Notes under the pieces: model-generated
What the model saw: only the letters and a program-made list of their open reading frames with translations
Told to the model about the DNA's origin: nothing
Databases searched by the model: none
IMG/VR virus record: IMGVR_UViG_2831987924_000001
Origin: a virus
Taxonomy: Duplodnaviria; Caudoviricetes
Reading direction: 5' to 3' (one strand)
Length of the DNA: 64,000 nucleotides
In this document: piece after piece, positions 50,473 through 60,343 of the stretch
Layout of the letters: every line of letters begins with the position of its first letter
Position numbering within the stretch: the stretch's first letter is position 1
Translations under genes and position numbers: made by a program

Positions 50473-51027
50473 ATGGCTGCTCGTAAACGTACAAATTCAC
50501 CAAAAAACCAAGTAGAAGTAATTCAAGAAAATACTGTTACACAAGAAAATACACAAGAAACAAAGGTTATGCGTAAAAAACAAATTGATTTAGATATGCT
50601 AGTACCTTGTCGCAATGTAACAGATGGTCGTTTGATTTATAAGTCTCGTAAAACAGGGCTACAAACTGTTTGGATGAATCACGGCGATATTGAGTATATG
50701 GATGTAGGCGAATTGCTCACCATGAAAGCTTCGCAACCTAAATTTTTAAATGAACCGTGGTTAGTTATTGAAGATGAAGATATTGTAGAATATTTAGGGC
50801 TAAAACATTTATACAAGCAATTAGTAGATACAGAGGATTTAGATTCCTTCTTTGCAAAAAGTCATGAAGAAATGGCGCAAATTTTAGATTGTATTCCTAA
50901 TGGAACAAAAGATGCTATTGCTACTCGTGCAAGAAAAATGGTTGAAGAAGGTACATTGTATGATAATCGTAAAATTCGCGTATTAGAAGAAAAACTAAAA
51001 ATTGATTTATCTTTGTTTGAAAAATAA
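50473..51027 (+). CDS. virion morphogenesis hypothetical protein
   Basis: AAGGAGG RBS; conserved position after the major capsid gene. Confidence 0.7.
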   Translation: MAARKRTNSPKNQVEVIQENTVTQENTQETKVMRKKQIDLDMLVPCRNVTDGRLIYKSRKTGLQTVWMNHGDIEYMDVGELLTMKASQPKFLNEPWLVIEDEDIVEYLGLKHLYKQLVDTEDLDSFFAKSHEEMAQILDCIPNGTKDAIATRARKMVEEGTLYDNRKIRVLEEKLKIDLSLFEK

Positions 51028-51040
51028 GGAGGTGTCTTAA

Positions 51041-51469
51041 ATGGCAACTCCGTTTAAAGAAGTATACGACAGAGTTTACAATAAGATTTCTGATTATTCT
51101 TTTGTCAAACTAACAGAAGATGAAGTTGAGGAGATATTAGAAAAATATCTTCTTTCTGCAATTGTAAAATTTAAGGGATGTAAGAAAGATTTAAGGGATC
51201 GTGATGAAACATTAAATCAATTCAATCAAGATTTAACTGATGAAGAAAAAGAAATTTTAGCTACCCTTCTTTGTGTTGAATATTTAACATCACAACTTAT
51301 TACTTCCGATTTATTAAAGCCACGTTTAGGCACAAAAGATTGGAATTTATATTCACAAGCCAATCACATAAAAGAGATTCGTGAGATAAGAGATCAAATG
51401 AAATCAGAAGCTAATCAAATGATGATTAGCTATTCTTATTCTGAAAACAGTTTGGATGATTTGCTATGA
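51041..51469 (+). CDS. head-tail adaptor
   Basis: MATPF-x-EVY...LTDEEKEILA; position. Confidence 0.65.
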   Translation: MATPFKEVYDRVYNKISDYSFVKLTEDEVEEILEKYLLSAIVKFKGCKKDLRDRDETLNQFNQDLTDEEKEILATLLCVEYLTSQLITSDLLKPRLGTKDWNLYSQANHIKEIREIRDQMKSEANQMMISYSYSENSLDDLL

Positions 51470-51783
51470 TTAATCAGAATAATCCAATGTTTTTTAGTTA
51501 TTTAGAAACTTTAAAGAATCGATTGTTTAAAATCATTCCCCTATTTGAAGAAAATAATGAGGGAATTTATAAATATATAGATTCTTTACTGTTTGAATTA
51601 GGTGGAATGATTTATGTGGTTAAAGAGTTAAAAAACAATAGTATGTTTTTATCTCTTATCGCAACATTAGAATCTCTTTTAGATGAATCTCTTGCTGGTG
51701 AATACAACATCCCTTTAGTTAGACGCGAAGTATTTCGATGTTTAAATATTGTTGAAAAGTTGCAACAGAAGGCTGGTGAATAG
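51466..51783 (+). CDS. hypothetical structural-module protein
   Basis: ATGA overlap; FKIIPLFEE. Confidence 0.65.
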   Translation: MINQNNPMFFSYLETLKNRLFKIIPLFEENNEGIYKYIDSLLFELGGMIYVVKELKNNSMFLSLIATLESLLDESLAGEYNIPLVRREVFRCLNIVEKLQQKAGE

Positions 51784-51786
51784 CAA

Positions 51787-52428
51787 ATGAGTTTCGAATT
51801 GTATAAAAAGCGTCTTTTATCGTATGGAAATGATGACAAAGATGTAGTTTTAAATAATACTCAACACATGATTAACAAATCATTTGCTGATTCATTCGGC
51901 TATTCTGTTGTAAAAATTGATGATGTTGATACAGAAGTAGTCATTGTCAATAAAGATGACTCAACACAAAAGGAATTGCTATTAAGACCAAACCAAACAG
52001 TTAAAAAAGGTGCAACTGTTCTTATTGGCACACAATATTATCTTGTTACTGATTTTAATGGTAATGGGATTAATCAGAAAGCTAAAATTAAGTTGTGCAA
52101 TAATTTCTTTGTTTTAAAAGGAGAAGTTACACGAATTATTGTTAGTTATGATATATTTGGAGACCCTATTTATGAGGAAATTAATGGGTCTAGTATAGAA
52201 ATTCCTTGTATTGTTGAAACATCAATTACTACTGACGACACAGATGAAGCTATCAATCTTCCAGAAGGAAGAATTCGTGTAACCATTCCTTATACAGAGC
52301 ATGAAGATGTTGCGATTGATAAAGAATTTATAATGTATAATGAAAAATATAAAATTATTGGAATTGATCATACACAATCCATAAACAATGAAGGATTACT
52401 TATTATTCATGGGCAAAGGGTGGTGTAG
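51787..52428 (+). CDS. probable head closure protein
   Basis: beta-rich, 213 aa, position. Confidence 0.6.
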   Translation: MSFELYKKRLLSYGNDDKDVVLNNTQHMINKSFADSFGYSVVKIDDVDTEVVIVNKDDSTQKELLLRPNQTVKKGATVLIGTQYYLVTDFNGNGINQKAKIKLCNNFFVLKGEVTRIIVSYDIFGDPIYEEINGSSIEIPCIVETSITTDDTDEAINLPEGRIRVTIPYTEHEDVAIDKEFIMYNEKYKIIGIDHTQSINNEGLLIIHGQRVV

Positions 52429-52431
52429 AGA

Positions 52432-52905
52432 ATGAATCTGAGAAAAAATTTAATTGATATTTTAAATCGAATATCAAATGATGAAACATTATTACGACTT
52501 CTCTACTACCCTGTTGACCCACTAAATACTTCTAAACTAGATGTAAAAAGTTTAAGTGATTTTTCAGCAATAAAAAAAGAAAGAATTTTTCTTTCTCCTA
52601 AAACAAATGATTTGAATGATAAAGCAATTTGTAGAGTTTGTATGTACATGGGCAATCGAGATAATACACAAAATAAAAAAGTAGCTTTACAAGATGTTGT
52701 ATTTGATGTTTATGCACATATTGACCAATATGATAAAAATGATGCACGAGCTTTGTGGATTTGTGATAGAATTAATGAAATATTACATGATGAATGGATT
52801 ACAGGTGTTGGCAAAATGGAAAGTTATCGCAGCCTTATTATTCCTAACGCACCTTCGGGATACATTGGATATCGAATGATATTTACTTTTGGAAGTGTAA
52901 AATAA
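52432..52905 (+). CDS. probable tail terminator/completion protein
   Basis: position; FDVY...ICDRI. Confidence 0.6.
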   Translation: MNLRKNLIDILNRISNDETLLRLLYYPVDPLNTSKLDVKSLSDFSAIKKERIFLSPKTNDLNDKAICRVCMYMGNRDNTQNKKVALQDVVFDVYAHIDQYDKNDARALWICDRINEILHDEWITGVGKMESYRSLIIPNAPSGYIGYRMIFTFGSVK

Positions 52906-53621
52906 TGAAGGATATTAAAGATTTCTACATACTAGGACTTCCAATTGATACCGAAATTGGTCAATGCGAATTCATTAAAGTAAAGGAGTATCCTGATTAT
53001 TTTGCTGATTTACAAATTATGTCACTTAATAAATTACATATTATCTATAAATATCATGAGATAAATAAAAATCATGAATTGGATGATTTAATTAAAGAAT
53101 TGGAAAAGTTAACTTTATTTGAAATTGTTACAAATATACCTGAACTACAAATAGCTTATTATCGAGTATTTCTTAAAGTATTTGGTAATGAAGAAGCTTT
53201 ATATAAGATTAATAATCAAAATTTTGATTATTATAGAAAATTAATTATGGATATGAATTGTGTTAAAGAAGAGGTTATCAATCCTAATCCAGAGATTCAA
53301 AAATTTATTGAAAAAAGTAAACGTGTAAAACAGCAAGAAAATGAACCGTTGACATTTGCTGATATTGTTTCAAGTGTGGTTGGCTATAATGGATTAAGCT
53401 ATCGTGACATTAATGAAATGACAGTATATCAATTATACATGACATTCCATCGTATTGCTCAAATTAAGGGATATGACACCAGTACTTTATTTGCTACTGT
53501 TTCTACTGAGAAAATTAAAATTGAGAGCTGGTGTAAACATATTAATTTATTTGAAGAAGAAAAACATGCTATAGAATACAATACATTTAAACAAACTACA
53601 GGGAGTATTGTTAATGAGTAG
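52905..53621 (+). CDS. tail-module hypothetical protein
   Basis: translationally coupled ORF; MTVYQL motif. Confidence 0.65.
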   Translation: MKDIKDFYILGLPIDTEIGQCEFIKVKEYPDYFADLQIMSLNKLHIIYKYHEINKNHELDDLIKELEKLTLFEIVTNIPELQIAYYRVFLKVFGNEEALYKINNQNFDYYRKLIMDMNCVKEEVINPNPEIQKFIEKSKRVKQQENEPLTFADIVSSVVGYNGLSYRDINEMTVYQLYMTFHRIAQIKGYDTSTLFATVSTEKIKIESWCKHINLFEEEKHAIEYNTFKQTTGSIVNE

Positions 53622-53675
53622 ATTACATTCTACTCATTAATATAAATTATATTATTTCAAGGAGGAGAATTAATA

Positions 53676-54410
53676 ATGAAATTATTAGTTATGGATACTG
53701 CTGATGTAGTAATGAAAAGAAAATCTGATGGTCATGTTTTTATCACTGCTGAAGCACAATTAACATCGATTAGTCAAACGCTTGGAATTAATGAAAAAAT
53801 TTATGGTGGTATTGGTAATAAACCACTTGCCATTATGAAAGGGCAAAAAGAAGTTACGTCTACACTTCGCAACGCTTTTTATGATTTAGAATTCCTTTCT
53901 ATGACTCAAGGTGTTGCTATTGATGAAAATGGTACTGCAACAGTTTACAAAACTGAAAAAGAATTGACTGTTGTAGATAATGCAGGAACTCTTGAAGTAA
54001 CGATTACAGGAACACCTGTTGATAATACAGTATATGTAAGAAATGCGGCTGGTGAAGTTGAACAGGCAACAGCTACATCTAGAAAAGTGACTATTCCAAC
54101 TGGACATGCTGGTGCAGGTGAAATTGTTTCTGTAACTTATCAAGAAAAAGTTACAGGCAATATTGTTGAATTGGATGCAGAAAAATTTGCTGAAGCATAT
54201 ACACTTGAGTATCATACGATTGCTTATGATCCTGCTACAAATAAAGTTGTAAAAGATATTTATATTCAATTAGATCATGTTGTTCCAACTGGTGAATTCG
54301 AACTTTCTTTAGAAAATGGTACTGCTATTGCTCCTGAAATCAACTTTGAATGTTTAGCAGCTCCGGGCACAAATAAAATTGGACGTGTTATTGAAGTTGA
54401 TCGTGTCTAA
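53676..54410 (+). CDS. major tail (tube) protein
   Basis: strong RBS and codon bias, Thr/Val/Gly-rich, IYGGIGN, position. Confidence 0.75.
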   Translation: MKLLVMDTADVVMKRKSDGHVFITAEAQLTSISQTLGINEKIYGGIGNKPLAIMKGQKEVTSTLRNAFYDLEFLSMTQGVAIDENGTATVYKTEKELTVVDNAGTLEVTITGTPVDNTVYVRNAAGEVEQATATSRKVTIPTGHAGAGEIVSVTYQEKVTGNIVELDAEKFAEAYTLEYHTIAYDPATNKVVKDIYIQLDHVVPTGEFELSLENGTAIAPEINFECLAAPGTNKIGRVIEVDRV

Positions 54411-54515
54411 TTAATAAAAATATAAAAATACATATATAAAATGTCAATTTTATTTAGAGGGTAGATTCTCCCTACCCTCCCCCTATTTTATGAGGAATAA
54501 AAGGAGGTCAAATAA

Positions 54516-55043
54516 ATGGCTCGTAAAAAATCTAATCTGTTGAAAATGACAGATGTTAAAAAGAAATATAAAGAACTTGATACAGTTGAAATTTACACAT
54601 TTGATGATGGAAAAGAATTAAAATTCTCCCCTTTCTTCAAGGTTTCGGTAATTGAAGAATTGCTTCGTGAATTAGCTGAAAAAATGAATTATGCACATGA
54701 AAAAGGCATTGAAATTAACGATGCATTTGTTCTTCATTATATCAATTTCCTCTGCATTAAATATTTCACTCATCTGAAAGATAGTATTTCTGATGAATTT
54801 GAAAAACAATTACAAGAAATGGAATGGCTTATTGATACTGGTTACTATGCAAAAATTATTAATGAAGTGTTCTTACCTCAAGAGCTACATAAAGTAATGG
54901 ATGCGGTGACTGATATTAATAGCCGTGCGATCTTCTTTGAGAAATTAGAAAAAGATTTACAACGTAAATTAGAGAAATTGGATATTTTCCGTATGCAAAT
55001 TTTAAGTAAGTTTGAAGATAACGCTGGAGAAAGCGTGGAATAG
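54516..55043 (+). CDS. probable tail assembly chaperone
   Basis: position after the tail tube gene. Confidence 0.55.
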   Translation: MARKKSNLLKMTDVKKKYKELDTVEIYTFDDGKELKFSPFFKVSVIEELLRELAEKMNYAHEKGIEINDAFVLHYINFLCIKYFTHLKDSISDEFEKQLQEMEWLIDTGYYAKIINEVFLPQELHKVMDAVTDINSRAIFFEKLEKDLQRKLEKLDIFRMQILSKFEDNAGESVE

Positions 55044-55046
55044 ATT

Positions 55047-55469
55047 ATGCCAGTAATCAGAAATATAAATGAATTAAAAAAGTATATAAATGAACAAGCT
55101 AAAAAAGCTTTGCAGAACGGTAAATATGTGAAAAATACGGTTATTGAAACTGGTAAGAAACATGTTGATAAAGATGTTTATTCCGTGTATACCCCAAAAA
55201 TCTACGAACGTACTGGATTATTAAGAGAATCATGGGATGTAGAAAATACTGATGATGGAATTGCTGTGTTCAACACAAGAACAGATGGTGAAAAGTATAT
55301 TCCTGAGACTATAGAGTATGGGATTAATTATGATTATTCTGGATATGGCTATGCATATGAAAAGCCAAGACCATTCATAGCAAACGCGCGTGAAGAATTG
55401 CGTAATTCTAATGCTCTAAAAGAAGCGATGAAAAAGGATTTGAAAGATGTTGGGTTTGATGTTAAGTAA
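55047..55469 (+). CDS. HK97-gp10-like tail/neck protein
   Basis: VY-x-x-YTP-x-x-YERTG-x-L...IEYG...PRPF. Confidence 0.7.
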   Translation: MPVIRNINELKKYINEQAKKALQNGKYVKNTVIETGKKHVDKDVYSVYTPKIYERTGLLRESWDVENTDDGIAVFNTRTDGEKYIPETIEYGINYDYSGYGYAYEKPRPFIANAREELRNSNALKEAMKKDLKDVGFDVK

Positions 55470-55490
55470 GTTTTAAAGGCAATTGTAAAG

Positions 55491-56477
55491 GTGGTGATAT
55501 TGTTGGAGAAAATTAAAGAAGTTACCACTGAAGAGTGGGAACAAGTAAATGAATTCAATAGACAAATTACTCAAGAATTTCTTGAGCAACAACACCTTTC
55601 CCCTCAAACTCTTAAACAATATGAATCTGCTTTAAAAATTTTCTTTAGATGGGTAAAAGATTATTGCCAAAATAAACCTATTACTGAATTAAAACCTCGT
55701 GATGCTTTACGTTATCAAAACTATTTAATTAGTCGCAACCTATCTTCTAATGCAGTTAAATTTAAACGCTCTGCTGTTTCTTCTTTATGTGGTTATATTG
55801 AATTGTATTATGCTGATGAATATCCGTTGTTTAGAAATATTTATAATAAGAAAATTCCTAATCCAGCTAAATCATTAAGATATAATAAAGAACCATTAAC
55901 TGAAGAAGAATTTAATATGTTAATTGAAGAATTAAAGAAACGTGAAGAGTGGCAAATGGTTGCTTATCTAATTTTTACATATACAACAGGCTGCCGTAGA
56001 GAAGAAAGTCGTCAATTACTAAAAGAAGTTGTGAATTATAGTAAAGTAAAAGATCCGAAAACTGGTGAAGAGAAAAATTATTATTTAACACATGAGATTC
56101 GATGCAAAGGAAGAGGCAAAGATGGGAAGATTCGGCGTTTCCCATATGATGATTATACAATGGAAGCTTTGAAAAAATGGCTTGAAGTTCGTGGCGAAGA
56201 TGATTGTCCTTATATGTTTGTGACTAAAACAAAAGATGGTAAAGTAAGACAAATTTCTGCTTCTACTTTTAATTACTGGTGTCAAGAAATCTTTAGTGAG
56301 ATTGTTGGTAAACGTGTCCACCCTCACCTACTCCGTTCAAGTCGTGCAACAAATTTGGCATTAGCCGAAAATAAGTCAATTGATGCTATCCAGAAATTGC
56401 TTGGACATGAATCTCCTGATACAACACAAATTTATATTGTTAAGAATAGTGATGATGAGATTGATGAAATTTTTTAG
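55491..56477 (+). CDS. tyrosine recombinase (position equivalent to SPbeta YomM)
   Basis: TGCRREE (R), KGRG (K), HPHLLR (HxxR), LLGH, TQIY (Y). Confidence 0.92.
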   Translation: MVILLEKIKEVTTEEWEQVNEFNRQITQEFLEQQHLSPQTLKQYESALKIFFRWVKDYCQNKPITELKPRDALRYQNYLISRNLSSNAVKFKRSAVSSLCGYIELYYADEYPLFRNIYNKKIPNPAKSLRYNKEPLTEEEFNMLIEELKKREEWQMVAYLIFTYTTGCRREESRQLLKEVVNYSKVKDPKTGEEKNYYLTHEIRCKGRGKDGKIRRFPYDDYTMEALKKWLEVRGEDDCPYMFVTKTKDGKVRQISASTFNYWCQEIFSEIVGKRVHPHLLRSSRATNLALAENKSIDAIQKLLGHESPDTTQIYIVKNSDDEIDEIF

Positions 56478-56686
56478 AGGAAACTCCCCTTTTATTCAAA
56501 TCCATTTGAACTGGACATATGTACAATAGGTACATGTGTCCAATTGAGGTGGGTTTGGATTAAATCCCTCATTCTTTTGTAAAATTTGGATAGAAATCTT
56601 CTATTCTTCAATATATAATAGAATTAACTCTAGTTTGATAGATGTATGGTATAATATAGTAAACTACTATAAGGGGGAGGAGTAGA

Positions 56687-56863
56687 ATGAGTGTAGCTTT
56701 AAGAGAAAGACCTGTTGTAAAGGGAAATGATGCAAGAAGATTTATTCGAAAAGCAAAAATTAACAATAGAAATTTAATGGATAGAGTCAAAAATAGAATT
56801 AAAAGTTTAGAAAGAGAAGGTATTGATGAAAGCAATGTCAAATATCTTCATAAAACCTATTGA
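56687..56863 (+). CDS. small putative antitoxin upstream of GNAT, not in the ORF track
   Basis: GGAGG RBS; MSVALRERPVVKGNDARRFIRKA...; overlaps the GNAT start. Confidence 0.65.
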   Translation: MSVALRERPVVKGNDARRFIRKAKINNRNLMDRVKNRIKSLEREGIDESNVKYLHKTY

Positions 56864-57353
56864 ATTAAAAGATATGGAAGCAATACAAAAATTTGATTGT
56901 AATAATACATCAATGAATAATTTTTTAAAGAAGGAAGCATATTATTATCATATAGCAAGAGAAGCTAGTACAAGTTTAGTATACCTTAATTCTCAATTAG
57001 TTGCTTATTTTACTTTAACGAGATCTGAATTAAACATTGAATCAGACGAATTTGAAGAAATTACTCATAAAACTTCTTTAGACTTGGCTAGATTAGCAGT
57101 TCAAAAAGAATATCAAAAAAATGGAATCGGCACTTACATTATTGATGAAATTAAAAAGATTGGCTATATGATTAATGAAAGATTTATTACCACTGATGCA
57201 TTATATGAATATTGGAAATGGTATAAAAAAAGAGGGTTTGAATATTTAATTGAAGATGAAATTAAATCAGACAATAACAGAGGATTAGTTTATATGATTA
57301 TGGATTTATATGATGAACGTTTATTAGATGAGTATTTTGATGAAGTAGTTTGA
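56823..57353 (+). CDS. GNAT acetyltransferase, TA-toxin type
   Basis: FDC-x-N-x-x-MN-x-FL, ARLAV...Q-x-x-GIG, DA...WY-x-KRGF. Confidence 0.85.
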   Translation: MMKAMSNIFIKPIELKDMEAIQKFDCNNTSMNNFLKKEAYYYHIAREASTSLVYLNSQLVAYFTLTRSELNIESDEFEEITHKTSLDLARLAVQKEYQKNGIGTYIIDEIKKIGYMINERFITTDALYEYWKWYKKRGFEYLIEDEIKSDNNRGLVYMIMDLYDERLLDEYFDEVV

Positions 57354-57410
57354 AGTAAAATTTCGTTCTAATTGTTGGATCACCTCATAAATTTTAATGA
57401 GGTGATCTAT

Positions 57411-57515
57411 ATGGCTATCCATAAAAGAAAAAAGCCTATTGTAAAAGGTAAAGATGCAGAAAAGTTCATAAAAAAAGCATTAGAAAATCAAAAGAAAATG
57501 AAAAAGAGAAAATAA
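57411..57515 (+). CDS. 34-aa basic peptide, paralog of the upstream putative antitoxin
   Basis: GAGGTG RBS; KPIVKGKDAEKFIKKA versus RPVVKGNDARRFIRKA. Confidence 0.6.
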   Translation: MAIHKRKKPIVKGKDAEKFIKKALENQKKMKKRK

Positions 57516-57692
57516 ATTAGGACTTCACCAAGAGGTGGAGTTTTTATTTTGGAGATGCCACTCCCCTTATCGCTGGCTATTATAAATGAGGATTTTAAAA
57601 TAATTATAAAAATAAAATAGGAGGATAAATTTATTTATCTCTCCTACCCTGTTTGATTTATGTATGTAAAGCCTCAAATGGATTGAGGCATA

Positions 57693-57866
57693 TTATTCAT
57701 ATAATCCTTTTTTCTTGAAGTCTTCGATCAGTAATTCGATGGCTCTATCTAGAAGTTTAGAGATTGGAATGTCTGTTGTTTCGGATAGCTTTCTCAATTC
57801 TTCATGAAGTTTAGGATCAATTGTAGATGTGATTTGTGAACGATGTCTTAAAATTTTCTTAGCCAT
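57693..57866 (-). CDS. ribbon-helix-helix regulator, not in the ORF track
   Basis: GGGAGG RBS; RSQITSTIDPKLHEELRKLSETTDIPISKLLDRAIELL. Confidence 0.8.
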   Translation of the reverse strand: MAKKILRHRSQITSTIDPKLHEELRKLSETTDIPISKLLDRAIELLIEDFKKKGLYE

Positions 57867-58090
57867 ATGATCCTCCCTTTTATTTATATAATACCTTACA
57901 CTTCTTTAAGGTTAATTAAACTTCTATAACATATGATACCACAATGCCGTCACTTTGCAACCACTTTTATAAAAAAATCAGAAAAATTTAATTAAACTAC
58001 TTTACAATACATTAAGTGTAAGGTATTATAAGTACAGAAGGTGCAACAAGTGAACGGCATCAAAAATAACAAATTAAGGGAGGATTCAAG

Positions 58091-58318
58091 ATGAAAAATG
58101 AAATTTACGGGGAAATCACATTGGGTGTTAAAATGCCAGTGAGTGCCAACAACGAAAGACTAGCAATGTTGGAAGCTCATTACAAGGTAAGCAATGAAAT
58201 AACTGACATTGTAGACATAGTGGCAATTGATCACATAACAGGAAAGATACATAAGATTGATATTGTTGATTGGAATATTAATTGGCAAAGATTCTTTCGT
58301 GGAGATGAGGTAGTTTGA
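58091..58318 (+). CDS. small hypothetical protein
   Basis: GGGAGG RBS, divergent from the RHH gene. Confidence 0.65.
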   Translation: MKNEIYGEITLGVKMPVSANNERLAMLEAHYKVSNEITDIVDIVAIDHITGKIHKIDIVDWNINWQRFFRGDEVV

Positions 58319-58445
58319 GGTGGTTTGGTATCTAGGCAGGTGAACTACGGACTGATCACCCGTAGTCGCGCAGCTCAACTCCCCTGCCTCACCTGCCTAG
58401 TTTCTTTTTAATACATAATGGGAGTTGAAATAATGTGGATGGGAG

Positions 58446-59765
58446 TTGGATGATGTGATTGTTCTTGATCAGAAAGTCAAGGTAAAATGGCATGGTAGTA
58501 ATAAAAAACATTATGAATCTTTAGGGTATAAATTTACAAAAATTGGAGATGAATTTGAAGTAGATATTAAACATTTATCTTTAGGTTCTAATGCTCTTGT
58601 TAAGTGTTATTGCGATTATTGTAATGAGCTTTTTAACAGAAAATATTGTCAGGTAAATGAATGTAAATTTCATTTTTGCAGTCAAAAATGTCAAGCATTA
58701 TGGCAGTCTCAGTTTAGAGTCGGTGAAAAATCTTCAAATTATAAAAAAGATATACCTATTGAAGATAGAACAATTACATGTCAATGGTGCAGAAGAAAAT
58801 TTACTGTTATGCCAAGTGAAATAAATAAAACTAAATTTTGTTCAAAAAAATGTAGGCAAGAATGGTATGCTAAAGTATGGTCGCAAAATCCTGAATGGAG
58901 AGAAAAAAGCAAACGCCGAGCTGTAAAAATTCTTTCTGAAGGCAAAATAGAAAAAGTTAATACAGAATGTCAAATAATTGTAAATAATTTGTTAGATGAA
59001 TTAAATATAAAGTATATTAATGAATATAATTGTGAATATGTTACAATTGACAACTATTTACCAGATTATAATTTAATGATTGAAGTTATGGGTACTTATT
59101 GGCATGTAGACCCAAGATTCTATGAGAAGATTTATTATCAAATGCAATTTGACAGAATTATTCATGATAAAAGAAAAAATAGTATCATAAAAAGTTTGTA
59201 TAATATAGATATATTATATTTATGGGAACATGATATATTGAGCAATAAGGAACTATGTAAAGAGTTAATAAAAATGTATATTAATAAAAAAGGGGAATTA
59301 GATGAATACAATTCATTTAATTATGAAATATTGGATGGTTGCTTAATTTTAACTAATAAATATAAGCCTTTTATAGTTTATGATATTGAAGAATTGCATA
59401 ATTTATTTGAGTTAAAATCGGGAGAAAAGAAAAGTTTAAAACAAGAAGACAAGTGGATCAAATTTAATTGTGATTGTTGTGGTAAAGAAACTGAACAATT
59501 AAAATCTAGATATAATAAAGCAAAACATCATTTTTGTAGTCAAAAATGTAAAAAGATTTTTCAACAAAAAGGAAATAATAAAACTTTAGGTGTTGAAGTT
59601 AAATGTGACTATTGCGGAAAACCAAAAATAGTGACTAATTATCAATATAATGATTATCTTGCTGGTAAAAAGAAAAATTTCTTTTGTAACTATGAATGTT
59701 TTAATAAATGGAAAAAGGTAAATTTTAAAGGTGAAAATAACCCGAATTATAAAGGTAGAAAATAA
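58446..59765 (+). CDS. free-standing endonuclease (Vsr/DUF559-like PD-(D/E)xK) with multiple zinc ribbons
   Basis: CxxC...FCS-x-x-C repeats; IDNYLP...IEVMGTYWH...D-x-x-K...LWE. Confidence 0.8.
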   Translation: MDDVIVLDQKVKVKWHGSNKKHYESLGYKFTKIGDEFEVDIKHLSLGSNALVKCYCDYCNELFNRKYCQVNECKFHFCSQKCQALWQSQFRVGEKSSNYKKDIPIEDRTITCQWCRRKFTVMPSEINKTKFCSKKCRQEWYAKVWSQNPEWREKSKRRAVKILSEGKIEKVNTECQIIVNNLLDELNIKYINEYNCEYVTIDNYLPDYNLMIEVMGTYWHVDPRFYEKIYYQMQFDRIIHDKRKNSIIKSLYNIDILYLWEHDILSNKELCKELIKMYINKKGELDEYNSFNYEILDGCLILTNKYKPFIVYDIEELHNLFELKSGEKKSLKQEDKWIKFNCDCCGKETEQLKSRYNKAKHHFCSQKCKKIFQQKGNNKTLGVEVKCDYCGKPKIVTNYQYNDYLAGKKKNFFCNYECFNKWKKVNFKGENNPNYKGRK

Positions 59766-59797
59766 TTATTGTTATAAAAAATCAAAAGGTGATTCCC

Positions 59798-59956
59798 ATG
59801 TTTAATAACTACTCCCCCACTCCACAAGAAACTAAACTAAAAGAATCAATTATTAAAGCACTCAAAGAAGTTGAACTAATACGTGAAGGTAAGCTTCCTA
59901 AGAAAACAGCACGTGAAATGTTAAAAGAGGTTAAGGAGGAATTGTATCCAGAATGA
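59798..59956 (+). CDS. 52-aa antitoxin-like peptide, not in the ORF track
   Basis: AAGGTG RBS; ALKEVELIREGKLPKKTAREML. Confidence 0.5.
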   Translation: MFNNYSPTPQETKLKESIIKALKEVELIREGKLPKKTAREMLKEVKEELYPE

Positions 59957-60160
59957 ATTCACAAAAGAATGGTTTGTTAAAAGAATTAGTTAGTGATGTA
60001 ACAACTAGATTGATTTTAAGATTAAATAAAAAATGTGATTGAGGGTAGAATAATCTCTACCCTCCTCTATTGAAGTGAGAAAATCTTTAAGAATCAAGAA
60101 ATATGTGGTATAATTTTCATAAAAATTGCATATACTACACCTCTAAGGAGGTGATAGTAT

Positions 60161-60343
60161 ATGCGTGAGAAGGAGGAAAAGGAAATGTTAGCTACTTCTA
60201 AAAAATACAAAAGACCAAAAATTGCACATAATAAATTTGCCAATATGAGTAAAAAAGACTGGAAGGAAGCTAATGAACAAAGTAAAAAAACACGTGGAGT
60301 TTCAAGACTTACTTATGAAGATATTTTTGGTTGTCGGGGGTAA
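60161..60343 (+). CDS. small putative antitoxin
   Basis: AAGGAGGTG RBS; overlaps the downstream PemK-like gene. Confidence 0.6.
   Translation: MREKEEKEMLATSKKYKRPKIAHNKFANMSKKDWKEANEQSKKTRGVSRLTYEDIFGCRG

Noticed and set aside
55491-56477. Tyrosine recombinase as the prophage integrase marking an att boundary
   Set aside because: Embedded in the tail operon with phage genes on both sides; no host genes or att duplication visible.
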